A stretch of DNA of 64,000 bases from Candidatus Poribacteria bacterium (GTDB lineage Bacteria > Poribacteria > WGA-4E > WGA-3G): positions 992,001-1,056,000 of the forward strand of contig CBDANF010000003.1 in NCBI GenBank assembly GCA_965197475.1. The letters are read 5' to 3'. The position numbers and the translations under genes are program-made. Below the pieces are notes generated by a model. The model did no database searches, was not told where the DNA came from, and saw nothing but the letters and a program-made list of their open reading frames with translations. Below are positions 1 through 9,727 of the stretch, in pieces (the stretch's first letter is position 1; each line of letters begins with the position of its first letter).

Positions 1-2
1 AT

Positions 3-1067
3 ACCAGGCTCGGCGATAATATCACCGTACTCAACGAATACCGAGGGCTCAATGTTAACGGCTCCTGGACAGAGACCGATCCTGATGCATGGGATGTGTT
101 CATCCGGATTGATGAATCACTTTCCGATTATGGCATCGGCACTGCAAGTGCTTTACCTTCTATGACACTCCATGAGATGGGAACAAACGAGGTAACTCAT
201 TTAGATGGGATAGTCTATCACAATCAGATCGCGAGCGCAGGAAATAGTGTATCTGGTTATGTTCGCGCCATTAGACTTGAGGCAGACACTGATTCTGAAC
301 TTGATAGTTGCAGAAACACATTAGGAGCTTTGCTGTTGACTGGACCTCCCTCAGTTAGTTCACGCGGGATGATCTACATCAATCGTATAGATACATTTTT
401 ATCAACCTGTCTTGAGGGGACAGACCTCACAAGTATAAAACAAAATTATATAGAGGCTATCATCGGGCATGAGATCGGGCACGGTGTTAATCTCTGGCAC
501 TGTCCGTGTTTTGATGATGTCAACTGTTATATGTGGAACACACCGGATGCCGTACTTCACCATGTAACAGCGTTTGCCAGTCATCATAATGAAGACTATG
601 CTTTAAAAGGCACCGTATGTGCACAGGCATCCAATGATGATCTCCCTGATAGAATATATATTCCTGGGACAGGAGTAGTTGCCCGAGAAGACGAAGACGT
701 TAATGCGGACGGTGTTGTCAATATTTTAGACCTACTCCTGGTTGCGTCAAACATCGGCACGAGCGGACCGCATGTCGCGGATGTTAACGGTAGCGGTTCT
801 GTTGATATTAATGATTTGGTGGCTGTCGCTAACGTCTTTTCGAATCCGACTTCCTCCGCGTGTACATGTCTGCGCGAAGATGTTAATAGGGACGGTGTTG
901 TTGATATTCTGGACCTAAACTTGGTTGCGTCAAACATCGGTGTGTCAACCGTTGGCCACAACGCAGGACATGTTGCAGATGTTAACGGTGATTGTTATGT
1001 TAATATTCAGGACTTGGTGTTGGTTGCCGCGGCATTTGGGAATACGGCTGCTGCCCCTGAAGAATAG
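3..1067 (+). CDS. 5'-truncated metzincin-like zinc metalloprotease with two C-terminal dockerin type I domains
   Basis: Frame is open from the window edge (TRLGDNITVLNEYRG...). Zinc motif HEIGHGVNLWH, Met-turn CYMW, four dockerin repeats (DVNADGVVNILDL, DVNGSGSVDINDL, DVNRDGVVDILDL, DVNGDCYVNIQDL). Confidence 0.75.
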   Translation, partial: TRLGDNITVLNEYRGLNVNGSWTETDPDAWDVFIRIDESLSDYGIGTASALPSMTLHEMGTNEVTHLDGIVYHNQIASAGNSVSGYVRAIRLEADTDSELDSCRNTLGALLLTGPPSVSSRGMIYINRIDTFLSTCLEGTDLTSIKQNYIEAIIGHEIGHGVNLWHCPCFDDVNCYMWNTPDAVLHHVTAFASHHNEDYALKGTVCAQASNDDLPDRIYIPGTGVVAREDEDVNADGVVNILDLLLVASNIGTSGPHVADVNGSGSVDINDLVAVANVFSNPTSSACTCLREDVNRDGVVDILDLNLVASNIGVSTVGHNAGHVADVNGDCYVNIQDLVLVAAAFGNTAAAPEE

Positions 1068-1098
1068 CTGCGCAATCTATACTGTGTCGTCTGAATCT

Positions 1099-1132
1099 CG
1101 GATTTACGCGGATTACACAGATTACGCGGATT
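1099..1132. repeat. 9-bp tandem mini-repeat (GATTAC[G/A]C[G/A]), also present in the other two spacers
   Basis: cggatttacgcggattacacagattacgcggatt, with an inverted partner aatccgcgaaatccg near 1232. Confidence 0.7.
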
Positions 1133-1180
1133 ATTGCTATCCTGTGCAGAAATACACATTCTATATAGAGCAGAATTTCT

Positions 1181-1326
1181 GTAGGAGCGATCTCCGAATC
1201 GCGATCTTTACCTTGTCATCACCAGACATATAATCCGCGAAATCCGACACATGCCACACGCGCATTTGGCGTTGATTTGGTGCTAATTCGCGATTCGGAC
1301 AACGCGCGGTTGGAAATCGCACCTAC
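1181..1326. mobile_element. GTAG-family REP doublet / MITE-like element (copies at 3550-3695 and 5913-6058)
   Basis: Termini GTAGGAGCGAT...ATCGCACCTAC. Internal inverted repeat TCCGAATCGCGA (1193-1204) / TCGCGATTCGGA (1288-1299). Confidence 0.65.
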
Positions 1327-1379
1327 CGTGCGCGGTGAGCGTTCTGTGCTTTCTTATGAGCAAAAGGAGATAGACAACC

Positions 1380-3434
1380 ATGATGACCAAATTATTTTTG
1401 ATTTTAACGATTTTGTTTGCGGCACTTACACTAAACACCTTCGCGCAAGATTCAACGCAATGGCACCTACCGGAAGGTGCGAAAATGCGTATCGGTAAGG
1501 GCATCCTGCGTGAAGTAGCATATTCTCCGGATGGCACGCTTTTGGCGGTGGCAAGCGGTATTGGCATTTGGCTCTACGATGCACAAACTGGTGAGGAACT
1601 TGACCTGCTCACGGTGCATACATCCGGGGTCGAAGTGGTATCGTTCAGTCCGGATGGAAAAATGATCGCAGGAGGACATTGGGACGGTGCCATCCGCCTG
1701 TGGGATGTGGACATCAGACAAGAGCTCCGCGTCCTCACAGGGCATACGGATGCAGTCAATAACGTATCGTTCAGTCCGGATGGGAAAATTATCGTAAGTG
1801 GAAGTGTTAACGGCAAAATCTATCTATGGGATACGGACACAGGACAACTTCTCTACAGACCTCCGAGGGTTGGATATTGGACCGCTAACAGTGTCTTGTT
1901 CAGTCCGGATGGTAAGATAATCGCAAGCGATGGAAAAACTTTCGCAAATGACGGAGGCGACAGCACTATCCGCTTGTGGGATGCGGACACAGGACAACTC
2001 CTCCGCAGCATTCGGGGGTTAAATAATTCCGAAAGCATCGTGTTCAGTCCGGATGGGAAAACAATTGCAAGTGCAGATTCGAGAAGTTTCATCAGTCTGT
2101 GGGATGTGGATACAGGCAGATACGTCCGCGGACTTAAGGGGCATACGGATGTTGTTCTTAGTGTAGCATTCAGTGCGGATGGCAAGAAAATCGTAAGTGG
2201 TAGTCGTGATAACACCGCCCGTCTTTGGGATGTCGACACAGGCAGACACGTCCGAACATTCACTGGATATACGGATGATGTTCTTAGCGTATCGTTTAGT
2301 CCGGATGGAAACACAATCGCAAGTGGCAGTGACGACGGCACCGTCCGTCTGCGGGATGTGGACACAGGCAAACATCTCCACACAATCACTGGGTATACGC
2401 AACCGATCTTTAGCGTAGCATTGAGTCCGGATGGAAACACAATCGCAAGTGGCAGTTTGGAAGGCACCATCTGTCTATGGGAAACGAACACCGGACAACT
2501 TCTCCGAACAATCACTGGGCATAAGTATGCTGTTCTTAGCGTCGCATTCAGTCCGGATAGAAAAAAAATCGCAAGCGGCGGTTGGGACGACAACACCATC
2601 CGCTTGTGGGATACGGACACAGGACAACTCATACGAACAATCACTGGGAATAGTTCAAGTGTCTGGAGCGTCGCGTTCAGTCCGAATGGAAAGACGCTCG
2701 CAAGTGGGAGTGACGATGACACCATCCGGCTATGGGATACTGACACGGGACAACTCCTTCAAACACTTATAGAACATACGTCGTTGCCCTTTAGCGTCGT
2801 ATTCAGCCCGGATGGAAAAAAAATCGCAAGTGGAAGTCGGGACAATACCATCCGTTTGTGGGATGTGAACACAGGACAACTCCTTCAAACACTTATAGGG
2901 CATACATCGGATGTCAATAGCGTTGTGTTCAGTTCGGATGGAGAGACAATCGCAAGTGGCAGTCGTGACAACACCATCCGCCTGTGGGATGCGGACACCG
3001 GCCAACACCTCCGAACACTTATAGGGCATACGGGTTTGGTCTATAGCGTCGTGTTCAGTCCGGACAGCAAGACACTCGCAAGTGGAAGTAGTTTGGAAGA
3101 CACTATCCGCTTGTGGGATGCCGACACCGGACAACTCCTCCGAACAATCACTGGGCATACAGCTGGGGTAACTGGCGTCGTATTCAGTCCGGATGGAAAC
3201 ACACTCGCAAGTGGAAGTCTTGACCAAACGGTGCTTTTGTGGGATATTACATCTCAATCACTGCCCGCAGATATCAATGGGGATGGTGTTGTCAATATTC
3301 AGGATTTGGTTGTTGTGGCGAATGCTTTTGGCGAAGCAGAACCGGATCTTAACGGCGATGGTATTGTGAATATTCAGGACTTGGTGATTGTGGCAGCGGC
3401 ATTTGGGAATACGGCTGCTGCCTCTGAAGAATAG
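1380..3434 (+). CDS. Secreted 14-blade WD40 repeat protein with C-terminal dockerin, copy 1
   Basis: Signal peptide ...LNTFA-QD, 14 FSPDG...WD repeats, DINGDGVVNIQDL/DLNGDGIVNIQDL, RBS AGGAG. Confidence 0.92.
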   Translation: MMTKLFLILTILFAALTLNTFAQDSTQWHLPEGAKMRIGKGILREVAYSPDGTLLAVASGIGIWLYDAQTGEELDLLTVHTSGVEVVSFSPDGKMIAGGHWDGAIRLWDVDIRQELRVLTGHTDAVNNVSFSPDGKIIVSGSVNGKIYLWDTDTGQLLYRPPRVGYWTANSVLFSPDGKIIASDGKTFANDGGDSTIRLWDADTGQLLRSIRGLNNSESIVFSPDGKTIASADSRSFISLWDVDTGRYVRGLKGHTDVVLSVAFSADGKKIVSGSRDNTARLWDVDTGRHVRTFTGYTDDVLSVSFSPDGNTIASGSDDGTVRLRDVDTGKHLHTITGYTQPIFSVALSPDGNTIASGSLEGTICLWETNTGQLLRTITGHKYAVLSVAFSPDRKKIASGGWDDNTIRLWDTDTGQLIRTITGNSSSVWSVAFSPNGKTLASGSDDDTIRLWDTDTGQLLQTLIEHTSLPFSVVFSPDGKKIASGSRDNTIRLWDVNTGQLLQTLIGHTSDVNSVVFSSDGETIASGSRDNTIRLWDADTGQHLRTLIGHTGLVYSVVFSPDSKTLASGSSLEDTIRLWDADTGQLLRTITGHTAGVTGVVFSPDGNTLASGSLDQTVLLWDITSQSLPADINGDGVVNIQDLVVVANAFGEAEPDLNGDGIVNIQDLVIVAAAFGNTAAASEE

Positions 3435-3748
3435 CTGCGCAATCTATACTGTGTCGTCTGAATCTCGGATTTACGTGGATTACACAGATTACGCGGATTA
3501 TTGCTATCCTGTGCAGAAATACACATTCTATATATAGAGCAGAATTTCTGTAGGAGCGATCTCCGAATCGCGATCTTTACCTTGTCATCACCAGACATAT
3601 AATCCGCGAAATCCGACACATGCCACACGCGCATTTGGCGTTGATTTGGTGCTAATTCGCGATTCGGACAACGCGCGGTTGGAAATCGCACCTACCGTGC
3701 GCGGTGAGCATTCTGTGCTTTCTTATGAGCAAAAGGAGATGGACAACC

Positions 3749-5797
3749 ATGAAGACCAAATTATTTTTGATTTTAACGATTTTGTTTGCGGCACTTACAC
3801 TAAACACCTTCGCGCAAGATTCAACGCAATGGCACCTACCGGAAGGTGCGAAAATGCGCATCGGTAAAGACATCCTACGTGAAGTAACATATTCTCCGGA
3901 TGGCACGCTTTTGGCGGTGGCAAGCGGTATTGGCATTTGGCTCTACGATGCACAAACTGGTGAGGAACTTGACCTGCTCACGGTGCATACATCCGGGGTC
4001 GAAGTGGTATCGTTCAGTCCGGATGGAAAAATTATCGCAGGAGGACATTGGGACGGTGCCATCCGCCTGTGGGATGTGGACATCAGACAAGAGCTCCGCG
4101 TCCTCACAGGGCATACGGATGCAGTCAATAATGTATCGTTCAGTCCGGATGGGAAAATTATCGTAAGTGGAAGTGTTAACGGCAAAATCTATCTATGGGA
4201 TACGGACACAGGACAACTTCTCTACAGACCTCCGAGGGTTGGATATTGGACCGCTAACAGTGTCTTGTTCAGTCCGGATGGTAAGATAATCGCAAGCGAT
4301 GGAAAAACTTTCGCAAATGACGGAGGCGACAGCACTATCCGCTTGTGGGATGCGGACACAGGACAACTCCTCCGCAGCATTCGGGGGTTAAATAATTCCG
4401 AAAGCATCGTGTTCAGTCCGGATGGGAAAACAATTGCAAGTGCAGATTCGAGAAGTTTCATCAGTCTGTGGGATGTGGATACAGGCAAATACGTCCGCGA
4501 ACTTAGGGGGCATACAGATGCTGTTCTTAGTGTATCGTTCAGTCCGGATGGCAAAAAAATCGTAAGTGGTAGTCGTGATAACACCGCCCGTCTTTGGGAT
4601 GTCGACACAGGCAGACACGTCCGAACATTCACTGGATATACGGATGATGTTCTTAGCGTATCGTTTAGTCCGGATGGAAACACAATCGCAAGTGGCAGTG
4701 ACGACGGCACCGTCCGCCTGCGGGAGGTGGACACAGGCAAACATCTTCACACAATCACTGGGTATACGCAACCGATCTTTAGCGTAGCATTGAGTCCGGA
4801 TGGAGAGACACTCGCAAGTGGGAGTTTGAAAGGCACCATCGGTCTATGGGATACGGACACAGGACAACTCCTACGAACACTTGTAGGGCATACGGATGCT
4901 GTTTTTAACGTCGTGTTCAGTCCGGATGGGAAGACACTCGCAAGTGGTGAAATTTTCGACAACACTATTCGTCTATGGGATACGGACACAGGACAACTTC
5001 TGCGAATAATCACTGAGCATAAAGATGTCTGGAGCGTTGTATTCAGTTCGAATGGAGAGACAATCGCAAGTGGAAGTGGCGACGACACCATCCGTCTGTG
5101 GGATGTGGACACCGGACAACACATCCGCACATTTATAGGGCATACATCGCCTGTCTATAGCGTTGTGTTCAGTCCGGATGGAAACACACTCGCAAGTGGA
5201 AGTTGGGACAATACCATCCGTCTATGGGATGCAAACACCGGACAACACATCCGCACATTTATAGGGCATACATCGAATGTCTATAGCGTTGTGTTCAGTC
5301 CGGATGGAGAGACAATCGCAAGTGGAAGTGGTGACAACACCATTCGCTTGTGGGATGCGGACACCGGACAACACCTCCGCACAATCACTGGGCATACGTA
5401 TTTGGTTTTTAGCGTCGTGTTCAGTCCGGATGGGAAGACACTCGCAAGTGGAAGTGCAGATGACACCATCCGTCTATGGGATGTGGACACCGGACAACAC
5501 ATCCGCACAATCACAGGACATACGGGTACAGTCATCAGTGTCGTGTTCAGTCCGGATGGGAAGACACTTGTAAGTGGAAGTGTTGACGGTACGATGTTTC
5601 TATGGGATATTGCATCTTCAACACTGCCTGAAGATATCAATGGGGACGGTTTTGTGAATATTCAGGATTTGGTTGTTGTTGCGAATGCTTTTGGCGAAGC
5701 AGAACCGGATCTTAACGGCGATGGTATTGTGAATATTCAGGACTTGGTGATTGTGGCAGCGGCATTTGGAAATACGGCTGCTGCCTCTGAAGAATAG
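3749..5797 (+). CDS. Secreted 14-blade WD40 repeat protein with C-terminal dockerin, copy 2
   Basis: Same architecture. Start moved to ATG 3749 (MKTKLF) after AGGAG. Confidence 0.92.
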   Translation: MKTKLFLILTILFAALTLNTFAQDSTQWHLPEGAKMRIGKDILREVTYSPDGTLLAVASGIGIWLYDAQTGEELDLLTVHTSGVEVVSFSPDGKIIAGGHWDGAIRLWDVDIRQELRVLTGHTDAVNNVSFSPDGKIIVSGSVNGKIYLWDTDTGQLLYRPPRVGYWTANSVLFSPDGKIIASDGKTFANDGGDSTIRLWDADTGQLLRSIRGLNNSESIVFSPDGKTIASADSRSFISLWDVDTGKYVRELRGHTDAVLSVSFSPDGKKIVSGSRDNTARLWDVDTGRHVRTFTGYTDDVLSVSFSPDGNTIASGSDDGTVRLREVDTGKHLHTITGYTQPIFSVALSPDGETLASGSLKGTIGLWDTDTGQLLRTLVGHTDAVFNVVFSPDGKTLASGEIFDNTIRLWDTDTGQLLRIITEHKDVWSVVFSSNGETIASGSGDDTIRLWDVDTGQHIRTFIGHTSPVYSVVFSPDGNTLASGSWDNTIRLWDANTGQHIRTFIGHTSNVYSVVFSPDGETIASGSGDNTIRLWDADTGQHLRTITGHTYLVFSVVFSPDGKTLASGSADDTIRLWDVDTGQHIRTITGHTGTVISVVFSPDGKTLVSGSVDGTMFLWDIASSTLPEDINGDGFVNIQDLVVVANAFGEAEPDLNGDGIVNIQDLVIVAAAFGNTAAASEE

Positions 5798-6111
5798 CTG
5801 CGCAATCTATACTGTGTCGTCTGAATCTCGGATTTACGTGGATTACACAGATTACGCGGATTATTGCTATCCTGTGCAGAAATACACATTCTATATATAG
5901 AGCAGAATTTCTGTAGGAGCGATCTCCGAATCGCGATCTTTACCTTGTCATCACCAGACATATAATCCGCGAAATCCGACACATGCCACACGCGCATTTG
6001 GCGTTGATTTGGTGCTAATTCGCGATTCGGACAACGCGCGGTTGGAAATCGCACCTACCGTGCGCGGTGAGCATTCTGTGCTTTCTTATGAGCAAAAGGA
6101 GATGGACAACC

Positions 6112-8160
6112 ATGAAGACCAAATTATTTTTGATTTTAACGATTTTGTTTGCGGCACTTACACTAAACACCTTCGCGCAAGATTCAACGCAATGGCACCT
6201 ACCGGAAGGTGCGAAAATGCGCATCGGTAAAGACATCCTACGTGAAGTAACATATTCTCCGGATGGCACGCTTTTGGCGGTGGCAAGCGGTATTGGCATT
6301 TGGCTCTACGATGCACAAACTGGTGAGGAACTTGACCTGCTCACGGTGCATACATCCGGGGTCGAAGTGGTATCGTTCAGTCCGGATGGAAAAATTATCG
6401 CAGGAGGACATTGGGACGGTGCCATCCGCCTGTGGGATGTGGACATCAGACAAGAGCTCCGCGTCCTCACAGGGCATACGGATGCAGTCAATAATGTATC
6501 GTTCAGTCCGGATGGGAAAATTATCGTAAGTGGAAGTGTTAACGGCAAAATCTATCTATGGGATACGGACACAGGACAACTTCTCTACAGACCTCCGAGG
6601 GTTGGATATTGGACCGCTAACAGTGTCTTGTTCAGTCCGGATGGTAAGATAATCGCAAGCGATGGAAAAACTTTCGCAAATGACGGAGGCGACAGCACTA
6701 TCCGCTTGTGGGATGCGGACACAGGACAACTCCTCCGCAGCATTCGGGGGTTAAATAATTCCGAAAGCATCGTGTTCAGTCCGGATGGGAAAACAATTGC
6801 AAGTGCAGATTCGAGAAGTTTCATCAGTCTGTGGGATGTGGATACAGGCAAATACGTCCGCGAACTTAGGGGGCATACAGATGCTGTTCTTAGTGTATCG
6901 TTCAGTCCGGATGGCAAAAAAATCGTAAGTGGTAGTCGTGATAACACCGCCCGTCTTTGGGATGTCGACACAGGCAGACACGTCCGAACATTCACTGGAT
7001 ATACGGATGATGTTCTTAGCGTATCGTTTAGTCCGGATGGAAACACAATCGCAAGTGGCAGTGACGACGGCACCGTCCGCCTGCGGGAGGTGGACACAGG
7101 CAAACATCTTCACACAATCACTGGGTATACGCAACCGATCTTTAGCGTAGCATTGAGTCCGGATGGAGAGACACTCGCAAGTGGGAGTTTGAAAGGCACC
7201 ATCGGTCTATGGGATACGGACACAGGACAACTCCTACGAACACTTGTAGGGCATACGGATGCTGTTTTTAACGTCGTGTTCAGTCCGGATGGGAAGACAC
7301 TCGCAAGTGGTGAAATTTTCGACAACACTATTCGTCTATGGGATACGGACACAGGACAACTTCTGCGAATAATCACTGAGCATAAAGATGTCTGGAGCGT
7401 TGTATTCAGTTCGGATGGAGAGACAATCGCAAGTGGAAGTGGCGACGACACCATCCGTCTGTGGGATGTGGACACCGGACAACACCTCCGCACATTTATA
7501 GGGCATACATCGGATGTCTGGAGCGTTGTATTCAGTTCGGATGGAGAGACAATCGCAAGTGGAAGTGGCGACGACACCATCCGTCTGTGGGATGTGGACA
7601 CCGGACAACACCTCCGCACATTTATAGGGCATACATCGAATGTCTATAGCGTTGTGTTCAGTCCGGATGGAAACACACTCGCAAGTGGAAGTGGTGACAA
7701 CACCATCCGCCTGTGGGATGCGGACACCGGACAACACATCCGCACAATCACTGGGCATACGAGTTTGGTTATTAGCGTTGTGTTCAGTCCGGATGGAAAC
7801 ACACTCGCAAGTGGAAGTGCAGATGACACCATCCGTCTATGGGATGTGGACACCGGACAACACATCCGCACAATCACAGGACATACGGGTACAGTCATCA
7901 GCGTCGTGTTCAGTCCGGATGGGAAGACACTTGTAAGTGGAAGTGTTGACGGTACGATGTTTCTATGGGATATTGCATCTTCAACACTGCCTGAAGATAT
8001 CAATGGGGACGGTTTTGTGAATATTCAGGATTTGGTTGTTATGGCGAATGCTTTTGGCGAAGCAGAACCGGATCTTAACGGCGATGGTATTGTGAATATT
8101 CAGGACTTGGTGATTGTGGCAGCGGCATTTGGAAATACGGCTGCTGCCTCTGAAGAATAG
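6112..8160 (+). CDS. Secreted 14-blade WD40 repeat protein with C-terminal dockerin, copy 3
   Basis: Same architecture. Start ATG 6112 after AGGAG. Confidence 0.92.
   Translation: MKTKLFLILTILFAALTLNTFAQDSTQWHLPEGAKMRIGKDILREVTYSPDGTLLAVASGIGIWLYDAQTGEELDLLTVHTSGVEVVSFSPDGKIIAGGHWDGAIRLWDVDIRQELRVLTGHTDAVNNVSFSPDGKIIVSGSVNGKIYLWDTDTGQLLYRPPRVGYWTANSVLFSPDGKIIASDGKTFANDGGDSTIRLWDADTGQLLRSIRGLNNSESIVFSPDGKTIASADSRSFISLWDVDTGKYVRELRGHTDAVLSVSFSPDGKKIVSGSRDNTARLWDVDTGRHVRTFTGYTDDVLSVSFSPDGNTIASGSDDGTVRLREVDTGKHLHTITGYTQPIFSVALSPDGETLASGSLKGTIGLWDTDTGQLLRTLVGHTDAVFNVVFSPDGKTLASGEIFDNTIRLWDTDTGQLLRIITEHKDVWSVVFSSDGETIASGSGDDTIRLWDVDTGQHLRTFIGHTSDVWSVVFSSDGETIASGSGDDTIRLWDVDTGQHLRTFIGHTSNVYSVVFSPDGNTLASGSGDNTIRLWDADTGQHIRTITGHTSLVISVVFSPDGNTLASGSADDTIRLWDVDTGQHIRTITGHTGTVISVVFSPDGKTLVSGSVDGTMFLWDIASSTLPEDINGDGFVNIQDLVVMANAFGEAEPDLNGDGIVNIQDLVIVAAAFGNTAAASEE
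7387..7638 (+). repeat. Exact 126-bp tandem duplication of one WD40 blade
   Basis: 7387-7512 is identical to 7513-7638 (DVWSVVFSSDGETIASGSGDDTIRLWDVDTGQHLRTFIGHTS twice). Confidence 0.9.
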
Positions 8161-8419
8161 CTGCACAATCTATACTTTGTGCAAAGAATGACAGCAATAG
8201 CAGCATGGCAATGTAAAGTGCGCGGGGTAATCCATAAGTGTCCTATTTTAGAAAAGACGCATCGTAGTGAATTAACACCAAATGTGCCAAATGCCATAAA
8301 CACATTTGGTGTCGATTTGATGTAATCTGCATAATTCCACGATTTAGTCAGAAAAATGATGAATCTGTCAGGGAACGTAGTCCCAATTTTAAACAAACAT
8401 TACACCTCTTTAAAAAGAT

Positions 8420-8448
8420 TTGACTTTTGAACCAAAATATGGCATCAT
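8420..8448 (+). promoter_or_regulatory. Putative sigma70 promoter of rplU-rpmA
   Basis: TTGACT-17nt-CATCAT with TGn extension. Confidence 0.5.
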
Positions 8449-8602
8449 GTAATTGTTTGCATTACATAACATGGGCGGATAGGTGCGCCCAAGACTCTAT
8501 AGTTAACACTCTTTACAACGGGTCTAAATAGAGCATAAAATTAAAAGATAGAAAATTCCTTTGATTCTAATGAATTTCTACACCTAAAAGGAGTGAAGCA
8601 AA

Positions 8603-8941
8603 ATGTATGCAGTATTTGCAAGCGGTGGGAAACAGCATCGCGTTGAGGTAGGAAGTCTCATAGATGTTGAAAAGTTAACCAATGCTGTCGGTGAGACAGT
8701 TACGTTTCCCTCCGTTTTAGTGATTGCCGGTGAAAATGGTGAATTGCAAACCGGTGCCCCATATCTTGAGAACATGTCAGTTAAGGGTGAAGTGGTTGAG
8801 CAAGGACGTGCTAAAAAGATCGTCGTTTTTAAGTCTAAGCGCAGAAAAAGTTACAAGCGTAAGTTAGGTCACCGTCAATCATTTACACGTATTAAAATTA
8901 CCGCGATTGGCGGGGAGGAGGTTGAATCCGATGGCGCATAA
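8603..8941 (+). CDS. rplU: 50S ribosomal protein L21
   Basis: [14 protein letters not shown]...[11 protein letters not shown]. Confidence 0.97.
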   Translation: MYAVFASGGKQHRVEVGSLIDVEKLTNAVGETVTFPSVLVIAGENGELQTGAPYLENMSVKGEVVEQGRAKKIVVFKSKRRKSYKRKLGHRQSFTRIKITAIGGEEVESDGA

Positions 8942-9197
8942 GAAAGGTGGCGGAAGTACACGCAATGGTCGTGACAGTATCGGTAAACGGCTTGGTGTCA
9001 AAAGGTTTGCGGGAAACTATGTTACCGCTGGGAGCATTCTCGTCCGGCAGCGTGGGACGCATTTGCACGCTGGCACTAATGTTGGAGTCGGCAGAGACTA
9101 TACGCTTTTCTCAAAGATTGATGGTTATGTCTGGTTTGAGCGAAAAGACAAATACCGTCGCAAGGTAAGTGTTTATATAGAGCGTCCTGCGTACTAG
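8931..9197 (+). CDS. rpmA: 50S ribosomal protein L27
   Basis: [16 protein letters not shown]; RBS GGAGG; start at ATG 8931. Confidence 0.97.
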   Translation: MAHKKGGGSTRNGRDSIGKRLGVKRFAGNYVTAGSILVRQRGTHLHAGTNVGVGRDYTLFSKIDGYVWFERKDKYRRKVSVYIERPAY

Positions 9198-9209
9198 AAC
9201 GTATTTTAG

Positions 9210-9237
9210 AAAGCCTCACCTTAGTGTGGGGTTTTTT
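9210..9237 (+). terminator. Intrinsic terminator after rpmA
   Basis: aaagcctcac-cttagt-gtggggtttttt. Confidence 0.75.
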
Positions 9238-9310
9238 GCTTATTTGACTATAACAGTACGCATGCAAAGCGCGCCTACAAGGTACTGTCTACACATTTGA
9301 GGAAGCTAAC

Positions 9311-9715
9311 GTGAAATGGGTAATCTTGTTCCTAATACTAACCGTGTTGTTGGGATGTGGCAGCACGCGAGTAAGACAATTAGCGATTGAAACCATGGAC
9401 AATGCCCAGATAAGTATTGCTGCCGCGAAAACTGTCGGTGCTCAAGATGTTGCAGTGAGCGAGATAAACTCAGCGGAGCAGATGCTTATCAATGCCGAGT
9501 CCTCTCTGCAATCTGGGGATATAGAACGCGCCTATCGCTTAGGATTGCGAGCGTATCTACATGCGCGAATTGCAACAGAAAAATCGCTCGCAGTTCGGCA
9601 AGATGCACAACTTAAGGAAGGACAAGCTGAATTAGAGCTACGACAACAAGCTACAGCTGAAACGCTCAACAATCTTGAAACACTCAAAGCAGAACGCGCT
9701 GCGCTTAATAAGTGA
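9311..9715 (+). CDS. DUF4398-like lipoprotein
   Basis: Lipobox LLGC, Ala-rich helical domain, upstream of an OmpA-domain gene. Confidence 0.65.
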   Translation: MKWVILFLILTVLLGCGSTRVRQLAIETMDNAQISIAAAKTVGAQDVAVSEINSAEQMLINAESSLQSGDIERAYRLGLRAYLHARIATEKSLAVRQDAQLKEGQAELELRQQATAETLNNLETLKAERAALNK

Positions 9716-9727
9716 GGAAAAGTTCCG

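Larger units (their letters stand above)
1002..8176 (+). repeat. Tandem array of three ~2.36-kb units (spacer + WD40-dockerin gene)
   Basis: AATATTCAGGACTTGGTG recurs at 1002, 3369, 5732 and 8095 (periods 2367, 2363, 2363). Spacers 1068-1379, 3435-3748 and 5798-6111 are near-identical. Confidence 0.95.

Noticed and set aside
1277-8003. Numerous antisense and alternative-frame ORFs over the WD40 genes and spacers
   Set aside because: Shadow ORFs produced by repetitive coding sequence; they recur only because the DNA is duplicated.
1002-8176. CRISPR array or diversity-generating retroelement as the source of the repeats and variation
   Set aside because: The repeats are coding WD40 blades and whole-gene units with no repeat-spacer pattern. 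There are no cas or reverse transcriptase genes, and substitutions are not adenine-restricted.
8907-8930. N-terminally extended L27 requiring the Prp protease
   Set aside because: A GGAGG RBS supports the MAHKK start at 8931, and there is no prp gene between rplU and rpmA.
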